This document shows, piece after piece, positions 51,658 to 62,313 of a stretch of DNA of 64,000 nt (position 1 is the first letter of the stretch; every line of letters starts with the position of its first letter). The notes under the pieces are model-generated. The model saw only the letters and a program-made list of their open reading frames with translations, did not search any database and was not told the origin of the DNA. The stretch comes from an uncultured Verrucomicrobiae bacterium (GTDB lineage: Bacteria; Verrucomicrobiota; Verrucomicrobiia; Limisphaerales; Palsa-1400): assembly GCA_963702845.1 (NCBI GenBank), contig OY969763.1:5856001-5920000 (forward strand). Direction: 5' to 3'. A program made the translations under genes and the position numbers.

Positions 51658-53487
51658 ATGTACTTTACGCGGTTTTTAACGGTAGTGAGCCTGGGAGTGG
51701 CTCTTTTTCTGACTGGCGAACCAGTTTTTGGACAGACGATCGTTTCCGTCGATGCCGGAGCGAACCGTCACGCGATTTCCGATCTCATTTACGGCGTTAA
51801 CTTTGCCAGCTCGAATCAGTTGCTCGATCTGAACTCACCATTAAACCGGTCGGGGGGCAATGCGGAGACGCGTTATAACTGGAACGTCAATGCTCACAAT
51901 CGCGGCGCCGATTGGTATTTCGAGAGTATCGCCGATAATTCAGCGATTCCGGGCGCAGAGACGGACTTGCACGTGGCCAGCTCGAAAGCAGGTGGTGCTG
52001 ATTCGATGATCACCATTCCAACCATGGGTTGGGTGGCGAAGGATCGCACGTTTCGTTGGAGTTATTCCATTGCCAAATACGGCGCGCAAAGCGACTCCGA
52101 TCCTTTCCAACCCGATGCCGGCAGCGGCTCGTTGAACGGCGTCAAGATCACGAACAATGACCCGACTGACGCGAACGTCCTGCTCGATTCAACCAACCAG
52201 CAGAATTGGGTCAAACACATGACGAATCAGTGGAGATTGGCCAATGGTGGCGGCGTTCGATATTATTTGATGGATAATGAGCCGAGTCTGTGGAGCAGCA
52301 CGCATTTCGATGTGCATCATGACGCCACGTCCTTGCGCGAAGTTCGCGACAAAGTCTTCGATTACGGAAGCAAGGTGAAAGCCGTTGATCCCGGCGCGTT
52401 GATTTGCGCGCCGGAAGAATGGGGATGGCTGGGATATTTCTACAGCGGCATGGACCAGCAATTTGTCCCGGCTGGTCCGTTTCCCGACCGCAGCGCCAAT
52501 GGCAACATGGATTATATCCCATGGTTTCTCGATCAGGCCCGCCAATACGAAACTAACAGCAGCAAGCGGTTGCTGGATGTGCTGACGGTGCATTATTACC
52601 CGCAAGGCGACACCAATTTCGTCGAGGAGTTTAGTACCAATACATCGACGGAAGCGCAACTGCTTCGCAATAATTCCACCCGATCGTTGTGGGATACCAA
52701 CTATACCGATGCGAGTTGGATCGGAAACGTCGTGAAACTGGTGCCGCGGTTCAAGGCATGGATTGCAGCGTATTATCCCGGCACAAAATTCGGGATAACG
52801 GAATATAGCTGGGGCGCGGACGATCATATCAACGGTGCCACCGCGCAAGCCGATGTGCTTGGAATTCTTGGACGTGAAGGAGTGTATCTCGCCACCCGTT
52901 GGACCGCACCGGCCTCGAACACGCCGGTCGCGAACGCGTTTAAAATGTATCGCAATTACGATGGCTCCAAATCGAAGTTCGGCGATGTGAGCGTCTCGGC
53001 ATCGGTCCCAAATCCGGACAATGTGGCCGCGTTCGCTGGGTTGCGGACGAAAGATGGAGCGTTAACTGTAATGCTGATCAACAAGCAACTGACGAGCAGC
53101 GCGAACGTGCAGTTGTCGCTCACGAATTTTTACCACAACGGCACGGCGCAATGCTGGCAGTTGACGTCAAACAACGTCATCGCGGCGTTGGGGACGAATA
53201 CTTTTACCGGAAATGGTGTGAGCGCGACGTTGCCAGCCCAGAGTATCACCTTGTTGGTGTTGCCAGCCGGTGCGCCACCGAAATTGTCGGCAACGTTACA
53301 AAGTCCGACAATGATCGCTCTGACACTCACCGGATATCCCAACCAACGCTACGTAATTGACAGTTCCATCAACGCGACGACCTGGACTGGATTGGTGACT
53401 AATCTTTTTTCCACGAACGCACTGAACTTAACTGTGAATGTTACGAATTCAGCACGGTTTTATCGGGCTTATTGGACGACACAATAA
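51658..53487 (+). CDS. Secreted GH44 endoglucanase/xyloglucanase with C-terminal 'W...FYR' domain
   Basis: RSGGNAETRYNW, MDNEPSLWSSTH.DVH, HYYPQ, ITEYSWG. Confidence 0.9.
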   Translation: MYFTRFLTVVSLGVALFLTGEPVFGQTIVSVDAGANRHAISDLIYGVNFASSNQLLDLNSPLNRSGGNAETRYNWNVNAHNRGADWYFESIADNSAIPGAETDLHVASSKAGGADSMITIPTMGWVAKDRTFRWSYSIAKYGAQSDSDPFQPDAGSGSLNGVKITNNDPTDANVLLDSTNQQNWVKHMTNQWRLANGGGVRYYLMDNEPSLWSSTHFDVHHDATSLREVRDKVFDYGSKVKAVDPGALICAPEEWGWLGYFYSGMDQQFVPAGPFPDRSANGNMDYIPWFLDQARQYETNSSKRLLDVLTVHYYPQGDTNFVEEFSTNTSTEAQLLRNNSTRSLWDTNYTDASWIGNVVKLVPRFKAWIAAYYPGTKFGITEYSWGADDHINGATAQADVLGILGREGVYLATRWTAPASNTPVANAFKMYRNYDGSKSKFGDVSVSASVPNPDNVAAFAGLRTKDGALTVMLINKQLTSSANVQLSLTNFYHNGTAQCWQLTSNNVIAALGTNTFTGNGVSATLPAQSITLLVLPAGAPPKLSATLQSPTMIALTLTGYPNQRYVIDSSINATTWTGLVTNLFSTNALNLTVNVTNSARFYRAYWTTQ

Positions 53488-53493
53488 TTGGAG

Positions 53494-54849
53494 TTAAAGG
53501 GTCAACGTCTGCGGGTCGGCGTTTTGGTTGAAGTAATCCCAAAGCACTTCTGGCATCGGAATAATGATCAGCGCGAGGATCAAGAAGGCGAGCGCTCCAA
53601 GCCACATTCGGCCCGAGTTGATGCGCGTGACGTCATTCATCGGTGGCGACACGCGACGCGCGATGAAGAACACGATCACTGCCCAAAATAGATACTGAGG
53701 CTCAATCAAAGCCAAAATGAACAGGCCGAACATCGCGAGTTGGCTGACCCAGCCGCCGGCGCGCGTCCCGAACATCCCCCGCGCAATGTGGCCACCATCG
53801 AGTTGGCCAATGGGAAGAAGATTCAGCGCAGTTACCAGCAATCCCAGCCAACCGGCGAATGCCAATGGAGTTAGTTGCAGCAGATGGCCCTGGGCCAATT
53901 GATCGCCGAGGACCAACTTGGCGATGGTAATAAACAAAATCGATGAACTGACCAGTCCGCCGAGGACCTGCTCACCATCCGGTGCGCTCGGTAGAACTGT
54001 TGAATGTTTCAGCCCAATGATCAGCGCCGGAATCGCGAGAACCAAACCGGCAAACGGGCCGGCCACCGCAACATCAAATAACGAACGTCGATTTTCGGGG
54101 GCAGATTGCATCTTGATGAAGGCACCGAAAGTTCCCAGAGCAAATGGCACCGGGATAAAAAACGGTGGCGTGACATTGATGCGATAGTGTCGCGCGGTGA
54201 AGTAATGGCCGAGTTCGTGAAATCCGAGAATTGCCAGGAGCGCGATCGAGTAAGGGAGACCAATCGCGAGCGACGCCGGGTCGCGAAAAATATCCGCGCC
54301 TTCTTGAATAGCACCGGCAGCGGTGGTGGTTAGCAGTGTCAGCGCGAACAACGACCAGTGTAGCCACATTCGCGCCGGGCGTTCCTGTGCAACCGGTTGT
54401 GCGATTTCTGGAGCGAGGAAAATCGCACTGCCATAAACCCGGTCTTGCTGAAGCAGGGGTGTGGCGCGCCCAGCATAATCCTGTTTTAATTTTTCGAATG
54501 CCGCCTCAGAATTTTCGCGTAAATGCCCTCGGAAAATCTGCAATTCGTCATCGGCAACGGCTTCCTTCACGTCGAGGATTTCGTGAACTGTTGGAGGAAT
54601 TTCTTCCGGCATCAACGCTCGCGGCAGCATCGGCGGCACTGCACGGGTTGCGACGCTCCGGCGTCTGGTCGCAAACCAGAGCAGGATAAGATTCGCAACG
54701 AGGATAAGTGTGATGACCACCATCAACTCATTGGACGTGCGAAATTGCGGTAGCGTTAGAAGAAGCAGCACCGGCAGCAACAGAATGAATGCCACCAGAA
54801 TTTGCCACCACACATTGTGGTGACGGACTGCGGGTTGTTCGCCGTTCAT
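53494..54849 (-). CDS. Site-2 protease (peptidase M50)
   Basis: HELGH, AGP, NLLPIGQLDGGH. Confidence 0.92.
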   Translation of the reverse strand: MNGEQPAVRHHNVWWQILVAFILLLPVLLLLTLPQFRTSNELMVVITLILVANLILLWFATRRRSVATRAVPPMLPRALMPEEIPPTVHEILDVKEAVADDELQIFRGHLRENSEAAFEKLKQDYAGRATPLLQQDRVYGSAIFLAPEIAQPVAQERPARMWLHWSLFALTLLTTTAAGAIQEGADIFRDPASLAIGLPYSIALLAILGFHELGHYFTARHYRINVTPPFFIPVPFALGTFGAFIKMQSAPENRRSLFDVAVAGPFAGLVLAIPALIIGLKHSTVLPSAPDGEQVLGGLVSSSILFITIAKLVLGDQLAQGHLLQLTPLAFAGWLGLLVTALNLLPIGQLDGGHIARGMFGTRAGGWVSQLAMFGLFILALIEPQYLFWAVIVFFIARRVSPPMNDVTRINSGRMWLGALAFLILALIIIPMPEVLWDYFNQNADPQTLTL

Positions 54850-55091
54850 ATTAACCGTTTACGATTGGTGCTTCTTGACGGGCTTTTAGTCGCAGGCATT
54901 TGTCACCGAAACCCTTATGTTTACGTTCACTTTCCTGCCGGTCTTCCAACGCGTGCAGTATAACGTGAGGTTTTGTGGACGTTGAGGGGTCGTAAATTGA
55001 AGCGAAAACGCGTCGAGTTTACCTTCCAAGGCCTTCTGCCGCTGGCAAATGTGCGGGACGTGTTTCATTCGATCTCCTTGCATCAAAGGTA

Positions 55092-55219
55092 GCCCACTCC
55101 GCCGAACTGGGGCAATGAGGCGGTTGCCCAAACCGTGGTGGTGAAACCCTGATTCATCCACGTCAGGGCCAAGACTTCACGGGACGGGGTGATCGGATGA
55201 AGCGCCGTGAGACATTTTT
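55092..55219 (+). ncRNA. Candidate structured RNA of unknown family
   Basis: Nested stems and two potential pseudoknots found by eye in a 470-bp intergenic region; strand uncertain; no family recognised. Confidence 0.3.
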
Positions 55220-55318
55220 CTGAACCGGGCCTGCGTTTTTCATGTAGGCTATCCGGTACTAAAATGTGGGAAAAAAACTGACTGACTGTTTTCGCTGTTA
55301 CCGCAATAATGTCGAATC

Positions 55319-58130
55319 GTGAAACTGACTCCTGCTTTCTGGCTGATTGCGCTTACGCTTTCGCTCGCGTTGTTGAGCGGAGCGGAACCCGCAACCAACC
55401 ATTGGGCATTTCGCGCTCCAGTCCGTCCTGCCGTTCCTGAAGTGAAGAGTCGCTGGATTCGTAATCCGATCGACAGTTTTGTCTTTTCGCGATTGCAAAA
55501 GGAGAAGCTGAAGCCCTCGCCGGAAGCGGACAAGAACACACTGTTGCGGCGGCTCAGTTTGGATGTGATTGGGTTGCCGCCTACGATTGAAGAAGTCGAT
55601 TCGTTCGTCAGCGACAAAAACAAAGACGCTTACGAGAAGCAGGTCGACCGGTTGCTGGCGTCGCCGCACTATGGAGAGCGTTGGGGTAGGCATTGGTTGG
55701 ACGCGGCGCGTTATGCGGATTCGGACGGTTACGAAAAAGACAAGCGCCGGTCGGTCTGGTTTTATCGCGATTACGTCATCAACGCATTCAATCGCGACCT
55801 GCCTTACAACCAATTCGTCATCGAACAACTTGCGGGTGATCAATTGCCCAACGCGACGCAGGAACAAATTGTCGCCACCGGTTTTTTGCGCAACTCGATG
55901 ATCAACGAAGAAGGCGGCGTGGATCCTGAGCAGTTTCGCATGGAAGCGATGTACGACCGAATGGATTGCATCGGCAAAAGCGTCCTCGGCCTGACGATCC
56001 AATGCGCGCAATGTCACAACCACAAATTTGATCCGCTCAAGCAAGAGGAGTATTACCGCCTGTTCGCATTCATCAACAACGACTACGACGCGCAACGGGT
56101 CGTCTATAAACCGGAGGAGTTGATGAAAGTGGAAAATCTGCGTGCGGAGATGGCCAAAATTGAAGACGAACTGAAGGCGAAAACACCCGATTGGCAAGAG
56201 CGCATGGCAAGTGGGAAGAGAGGTGTCGACGAATCAACTGCATTGGACGGTTCTGACGCCGCGGATCGAAGACATCAGCACGGGTGGCCAAAAATATATC
56301 CTGCAAAGCCGACGGCTCGATGTTCGCGCAAGGTTACGCGCCGACGAAACACACGGCGATTTTCTGGTCGACGAATAGCAGCATCAGAAGATGTGACCGC
56401 TTTTCAGATCGAATTGTTCAACGACGGTAATCTGCCGTGCAACGGGCCGGGCCGTTCGTTCAAAGGAACCTGCGCATTGACGGAATTTCGCGCGGAGGTT
56501 TCATCGGTTGTCGCGCGGACAAATATTGCAAAAGTGAAATTTGTTACGGCCACGTCCGACTACGAACAAGCCGAGCATGAACTCGAACCAAACTTTTACG
56601 ACAAGAGCGATAAGCATCGCGTCACTGGGCCGGCGAAATATGCGATCGATGGCAACGGCGACACGGCTTGGGGAATTGATGCTGGCGCCGGCCGTCGCAA
56701 TCAACCGCGCAAGGCTGTTTTCCAATGTGAGAAACCGATGGGTTTTGCCGGCGGAACCATTTTTCAATGTTCCTCGAACAAAATCATGGCGGTTGGAACA
56801 GCGACGAGCTGATGAACAATAATTTAGGTCGTTTCAGGATTTCGGTGACGACCAACGCCGCGCCCGATTGTTGCGGATCCTGTTCCAAAAGGTGTTCGTG
56901 ACATTTTCAAAATTCCCCGTGAAAAACGGTCGCCGCGACAAGTCGCGACCATCTTCAAGTATTGGCGCACGACCGTTGCCGAATGGAAGGCCGCGCATGA
57001 GAAGATTGAAACGCTCTGGAAGGAATGGCCGGACGGCGACACGACTTACACGCTGATGGCGCGAGCGCAACCGCGCGAAACGCACATGCTCACTCGCGGC
57101 GATTTCTTGAAGCCGCAGAAGCAAGTTACGCCGGGCGTTCCGGAATTCCTGCATCCAATCAAACCAAACGCTTCGACGCGTTTGGATTTCGCCAACTGGC
57201 TCGTCGATCGCCGTTCACCAACAACCGCTCGTGTCATTGTGAATCGGATCTGGCAATCGTATTTCGGAACTGGTCTTGTCACGACACCCGAGGATTTCGG
57301 CACACGCGCAGAACTGCCATCGCACCCGGAACTGCTTGATTGGCTCGCTTGCGAGCTGATGGACAAAGGGTGGAGTTTGAAACACATCCATCGACTGATC
57401 GTGAACTCTTCAACTTATCGCCAGTCGTCTCGTGTCTCGCGCGAGTTGCAGGAACGCGATCCGAACAATCGATTGCTCGCGCGTGGTCCGCGTTTCCGTG
57501 TTGACGGTGAAATTGTCCGCGACATCGCACTCGCCACGAGCGGACTGCTGACTACAAATATTGGTGGGCCGAGCGTTTACACGCCTGCACCTGCTTTCCT
57601 GTTCCAACCACCAGCGAGTTACGCGCCTTTTGAATGGCCGGAAGCGACCGGAGCGGACAGATATCGTCGCGCCATCTACACGTTTCGCCGTCGGTCGACT
57701 CCATTCCCGGCGTTGCAAGCGTTCGACACGCCGAACGGCGATTACTCATGCGTGCGGCGAATGCGGTCGAACACACCGTTGCAAGCCCTGACAACATTGA
57801 ACGAACCGATGTTTATGGAATGCGCGCAGGCGCTCGCGTTGCACACGTTGAGTGAAGGCGGAAAATCGGATGATGCAAGAGTGACCTACGCATTCCGTCG
57901 CGCCCTGGGTCGTTTGCCTGCACCGGATGAAAAAGCCGAATTGCTCGGTCTTCTCAAACGTCAGCAACAACGAATCGCGGAAGGCTGGGTGAATGCTTCC
58001 GAACTTGCCACCGGCAAAGAATGAAAAGCCGGACAAGCTTCCCACTGGAACGACCCCGACTCAATTCGCCGCATATACAGTTGTTTCACGCGCGCTGTTG
58101 AACCTGGACGAAACAATCACGAAGGAGTAG
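55319..58130 (+). CDS. DUF1549/DUF1553 (PSD1) domain protein (frameshifted)
   Basis: HWAF, YGERWGRHWLDAARYADS, CAQCHNHK, ARVIVNRIW, HPELLDWL, SNTPLQAL, LNLDETITKE*. Confidence 0.9.
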
Positions 58131-58133
58131 CCG

Positions 58134-59572
58134 ATGACCAAGCCAGAACATTTTTTCAACGAGCGCGTAAAGCGATCACGCGCCGTTGGTTTTTTAAACA
58201 ATGCGGCGTTGGCCTTGGCACGATGGCGCTCGGGTCGTTGCTTGAGCCAGACGTTGCTTGGCGCGAGCAAAGCCGACACTGGCGAATCCGCTCGCGCCGA
58301 AAGCGCCGCATTTCGCGCCGAAAGCCAAACGCGTCATCTATCTGTTCATGGCGGGCGCGCCGAGTCATCTCGATTTGTTCGATTACAAACCGCAGCTTGC
58401 GAAATTCAGCGGCACGTTGCCTCCTGCTGAGTTGTTGAAAGGCTATCGCGCGGCGTTCATCAATCCCCAATCGAAGTTGCTGGGGCCCAAGTTTAAATTC
58501 GCGAAGTACGGCAAGAGCGGCGCGGAACTGTCTGAACTGTTGCCGAATCTGGCGCAGGTGGTCGATGACATTGCGATCGTGAAGTCAATGAAAACGGACG
58601 CGTTCAATCACGCGCCTGCACAGATTTTCTTGAACACGGGGTCGCAACAGTTTGGTCGTCCAAGCATTGGCGCCTGGACGACTTACGGTCTCGGCAGCGA
58701 AACCAGTGACTTGCCGGCGTTTGTTGTTTTCAGTTCTGGCCCGAAAGGCACGAGTGGCGGCTCATCGAATTGGGGTTCTGGATTTTTACCGTCAGTTTAT
58801 CAAGGCGTGTTGTTCCGCAGCCAGGGCGATCCGATTTTATATTTGTCGAATCCGAAAGGTGTCGATGCCGAGATGCAGCGCGACACCCTGGACACCGTTC
58901 GCAACCTGAACATCAAGCGATTCGATGTGACCGGTGATCCGGAAATCACCACGCGGATCAATTCCTTCGAGATGGCGTATCGGATGCAAACAAGCGCGCC
59001 GGAATTAATGGACATTTCCAAAGAATCGAAAGCGACTCTTGGAAATGTATGGCGCAGAACCCGGTAAGTCGTCGTTCGCCAACAACTGTTTGCTCGCGCG
59101 CCGGTTAGTTGAGCGCGGCGTTCGTTTCGTCCAACTCTACCACGAAGCCTGGGACCAACACGGCAACCTCGTCGCGGATTTAAAGAAAAATTGCCTCAAC
59201 ACGGATCGCGCCTGTGCTGCGCTAATTAAAGATCTTAAACAACGCGGCATGTTGGAAGATACGCTGGTGATTTGGGGCGGTGAATTCGGTCGCACGCCGA
59301 TGGTGCAGGGCGGCGACGATGGACGCGATCATCACCCGAACGCGTTTACGATGTGGATGGCAGGCGGCGGTGTGAAACCCGGCATTACTTTGGGCGAAAG
59401 CGATGAATTTGGTTTCAACGCCACGGTCGATCCCGTTCACGTCCACGACTTGAACGCGACGATCCTGCACCTGCTCGGTCTCGAACATACGAAGCTAACT
59501 TACCGTTTTCAGGGTCGTGATTTCCGCCTCACTGATGTGCATGGCGAACTGGTTCACAAACTCTTGGCGTAA
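58134..59572 (+). CDS. DUF1501 protein with Tat-like signal (frameshifted)
   Basis: [46 protein letters not shown]. Confidence 0.9.
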
Positions 59573-59598
59573 TCGAGTCAAGCGGTTACGATGCGGGG

Positions 59599-60300
59599 AT
59601 GAAGATCGCGCATTTGCTGTCCGTCTCGTTTTTGAGCTTTGCTGTTTTCGCCGCAGAGAGCCCCACTGAGCCGCAGCCAAAGGTCATCACGCCCGGTAAA
59701 GATAGTGCGCCGCCGTCGGATGCGATCGTGCTGTTCGATGGCAAAGACCTTTCGCATTGGAAAACTGAAACCGGTGGCGACGCAAAATGGAAAGTTAGTG
59801 ACGGTGTGCTCGAAGTGGCGCGCGGTACGGGAAATATTTTTAGTAAAGAAGAATTCGGCGATGTGCAGTTGCACGTCGAGTTCGCGGAACCATCGCCGGC
59901 GCATGGTGAAGGCCAGGACCGCGGCAATAGCGGCGTCTATTTGCAAGGCCGCTATGAAGTTCAGGTGCTTGATTGTTACAACAACAAAACCTATCCAAAT
60001 GGACAGACTGCGGCGATTTACGGCATCGCTGCGCCATTGGTCAACGCCTGCCGTGCTCCTGGCGAATGGCAGACCTACGACATCGTTTTCCATTCGCCGA
60101 AACAGACTGCCGACGGCAAAGTCGAATCGGGTTCGTTCACTGTCATGCACAACGGCGTGCTGGTTCAGGACCATACTGAAATCAAAGGCGAAGCAACCCG
60201 CGCGGCGAATTTTACCGGCGTCGCTGAGAAAGGTCCTCTAATCCTGCAGGACCATGGACATGCGGTGCATTATCGCAATATTTGGGTCCGCCGCCTATAA
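59599..60300 (+). CDS. DUF1080 (3-keto-glycoside hydrolase family) secreted protein
   Basis: LFDGKDL, GNSGVY, YEVQVLD, LQDHG..V.YRNI. Confidence 0.9.
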   Translation: MKIAHLLSVSFLSFAVFAAESPTEPQPKVITPGKDSAPPSDAIVLFDGKDLSHWKTETGGDAKWKVSDGVLEVARGTGNIFSKEEFGDVQLHVEFAEPSPAHGEGQDRGNSGVYLQGRYEVQVLDCYNNKTYPNGQTAAIYGIAAPLVNACRAPGEWQTYDIVFHSPKQTADGKVESGSFTVMHNGVLVQDHTEIKGEATRAANFTGVAEKGPLILQDHGHAVHYRNIWVRRL

Positions 60301-60307
60301 TGCAATT

Positions 60308-60390
60308 GGTAGGACGCGTCGCTCTGCGCGCGCCGCCACATGCCCGGAGCCATGAGCTTTAATTTGCAATTCGCAATCCGCAACCTGCAA
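60308..60390. repeat. GTAG-footed REP-like hairpin followed by a GCAATYC heptamer tract
   Basis: GGTAGGACGCGTCGCTCTGCGCGCGCCG (60308-60335); TTTGCAA TTCGCAA TCCGCAA CCTGCAA (60363-60390). Confidence 0.5.
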
Positions 60391-60398
60391 TAGGCCTG

Positions 60399-61037
60399 AT
60401 GACCCTAATTGAATACACAGTCCTCGCCGTCAGTTCGCTCTTCGTGATCGTCGATCCGATCGCCGTCGTGCCCGCGTTCATCGCCATGACGCCGAACGAT
60501 ACGCCCAAAGCGAAACTGCGCATGGCCCGTATCGCCTGCTTCGTCGCTGGCGGCGTCCTGGTGGTGTTCGCCGCCGCGGGCAAATGGATATTCAAATTCA
60601 TGGGCATCACCCTGCCAGCGTTCCAACTCGCCGGCAGCATACTTCTCATCCGCATCGCTCTCGACATGCTTTACGGTCGTCGCTCCGAAGCGCGCGAATC
60701 CGACGAAGAAGTCGCCGCTGGCGCCGAAAAAGATGACATAGCCATTACTCCCTTGGGCGTCCCGATGCTCGTCGGCCCCGGTTCGATCTCAACCGCCCTC
60801 ATCCTGCTCAGCCAGGCGCATGGCGTTGAACAGGTCGTCGCATTATTCCTAAGTATCGCGTTCGTCTGCTTCGTCAGCTACTGGACTTTGTGGTTGGCCG
60901 TACGCGGTGCGCATTACATGAGTCCGCTCGCTCTGAAACTGACCACTCGCTTAATGGGATTGTTGCTGGCGGCCGTTGCTGCGCAATTCGTCATCAACGC
61001 AATTGAACAACTCGGCTGGATCAAACCGTCTTTGTAG
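60399..61037 (+). CDS. MarC family membrane protein
   Basis: LFVIVDP, DIAITPLGVPMLVGPG, RLMGLLL. Confidence 0.92.
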   Translation: MTLIEYTVLAVSSLFVIVDPIAVVPAFIAMTPNDTPKAKLRMARIACFVAGGVLVVFAAAGKWIFKFMGITLPAFQLAGSILLIRIALDMLYGRRSEARESDEEVAAGAEKDDIAITPLGVPMLVGPGSISTALILLSQAHGVEQVVALFLSIAFVCFVSYWTLWLAVRGAHYMSPLALKLTTRLMGLLLAAVAAQFVINAIEQLGWIKPSL

Positions 61038-61102
61038 AAGTCGCCGCAGTTTTCACCCGTGACTCCGCGTTGGGATGATGTATTTTTCCAGCGTAGCAAT
61101 TT

Positions 61103-61864
61103 GTGACCGCAAACGAAGCAAAACACCTTTTGGAAAAATTTCGCGACGGCAAAGCCACGCTCGCGAAAACGCTGCAAGCCTTTCAGGCCGCGCCGTTTAA
61201 GGACATTAATTTCGCCAAGGTCGACACGCACCGCGGATTGCGCCAGGGCTTTCCGGAAGTCGTTTTTGGCCTCGGTAAAACAACGCCGCATATTGTTCGT
61301 ATTTGCGAGCAACTGAATCGCAAAGAAAAACGATTTCTCGTCACCCGCGTTAGCGCCGAAACCGCACGCGCTGTGAAGAAGCGTGTTAAAGGCGTCGTCT
61401 ATCACGAAACCGCGCGCGCCATGGTTGTTGAAAAAGTCCCTGTGCCGAAACGTCCGGGTATCGTCGCCGTGCTTTGCGCCGGCACCAGCGACCTGCCCGT
61501 CGCGGAAGAAGCCGTGGTAACTGCTGAAGTGATGGGCAACCGCGTGCAACGCATTTACGATGTCGGCGTCGCCGGGTTGCACCGTTTGCTTGGTCAGATC
61601 GACGCCATCCAAAGCGCGAACGTTCTCATTGTCGTCGCCGGTATGGAAGGCGCACTGCCGAGCGTCGTTGCGGGCTTAGTCAGTCGACCCGTGATCGCAG
61701 TTCCAACGAGCGTCGGATATGGCGCAAACTTCGGTGGCATCACAGCATTGCTCTCCATGATCAACAGTTGCGGCAGCGGCGTCACCGTCGTCAACATAGA
61801 CAACGGTTTCGGCGCCGGCTACGCCGCCAGCCAGATTAACGCGTTGGCCGATGATATGCAGTGA
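61103..61864 (+). CDS. larB: Nickel-pincer cofactor biosynthesis carboxylase/hydrolase LarB
   Basis: GFPEVV, AGTSDLPVAEEA, DVGVAGLHRL, VPTSVGYG, NSC..GV.VVNIDNGFGA. Confidence 0.93.
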   Translation: MTANEAKHLLEKFRDGKATLAKTLQAFQAAPFKDINFAKVDTHRGLRQGFPEVVFGLGKTTPHIVRICEQLNRKEKRFLVTRVSAETARAVKKRVKGVVYHETARAMVVEKVPVPKRPGIVAVLCAGTSDLPVAEEAVVTAEVMGNRVQRIYDVGVAGLHRLLGQIDAIQSANVLIVVAGMEGALPSVVAGLVSRPVIAVPTSVGYGANFGGITALLSMINSCGSGVTVVNIDNGFGAGYAASQINALADDMQ

Positions 61865-61895
61865 CGCCTTCCCCGAAACTTGTTATTCAACTGAA

Positions 61896-62309
61896 ATGAT
61901 ACGCACGGGAAACATGATAATGGCGTCCCTTGCTTTTTTGATTGGTGTTGGGTCTGCATCAGGTTGCCACTCGGCTGTTTCATCTACAGCGGCTAGACCC
62001 GCGCACTTGCCAACGAATCTTCGAGAAATCATTTTTGATGCGATTGTGATTGTTTGGTTTTTCGGTGCCGTAGCGTTGACTTCGGGCAAATGTATCGGTC
62101 GTATTCCAAGTCTGCTCGGCTGCGGCAGTGCAGCGTGCGGTTTTGCAGCTGCAGTGGTTATTGCAATCGGCCTCTGCTTCTCATCGGATATCCGCGACGT
62201 ATCCGTCGGAATCTTTGTCGCAGTCCTGTTCGCCGTTTTGTGTGCTATTTGTGTAGCTCTGTTTGTTGGAATCCTGAAAATGCGTTCAGAAAAAGTCCAA
62301 AGTTCCTGA
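61896..62309 (+). CDS. Hypothetical Cys-rich membrane protein between larB and larC
   Basis: ORF with several hydrophobic segments fills the gap; T-rich composition; no family recognised. Confidence 0.5.
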   Translation: MIRTGNMIMASLAFLIGVGSASGCHSAVSSTAARPAHLPTNLREIIFDAIVIVWFFGAVALTSGKCIGRIPSLLGCGSAACGFAAAVVIAIGLCFSSDIRDVSVGIFVAVLFAVLCAICVALFVGILKMRSEKVQSS

Positions 62310-62313
62310 ACCG

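Noticed and set aside
55128..55190. c-di-GMP-I riboswitch (AAACC...GGGACG resemblance)
   Set aside because: Lacks the GGCAAA start, the GNRA-capped P2 and the following CAAAGC/P3 elements.
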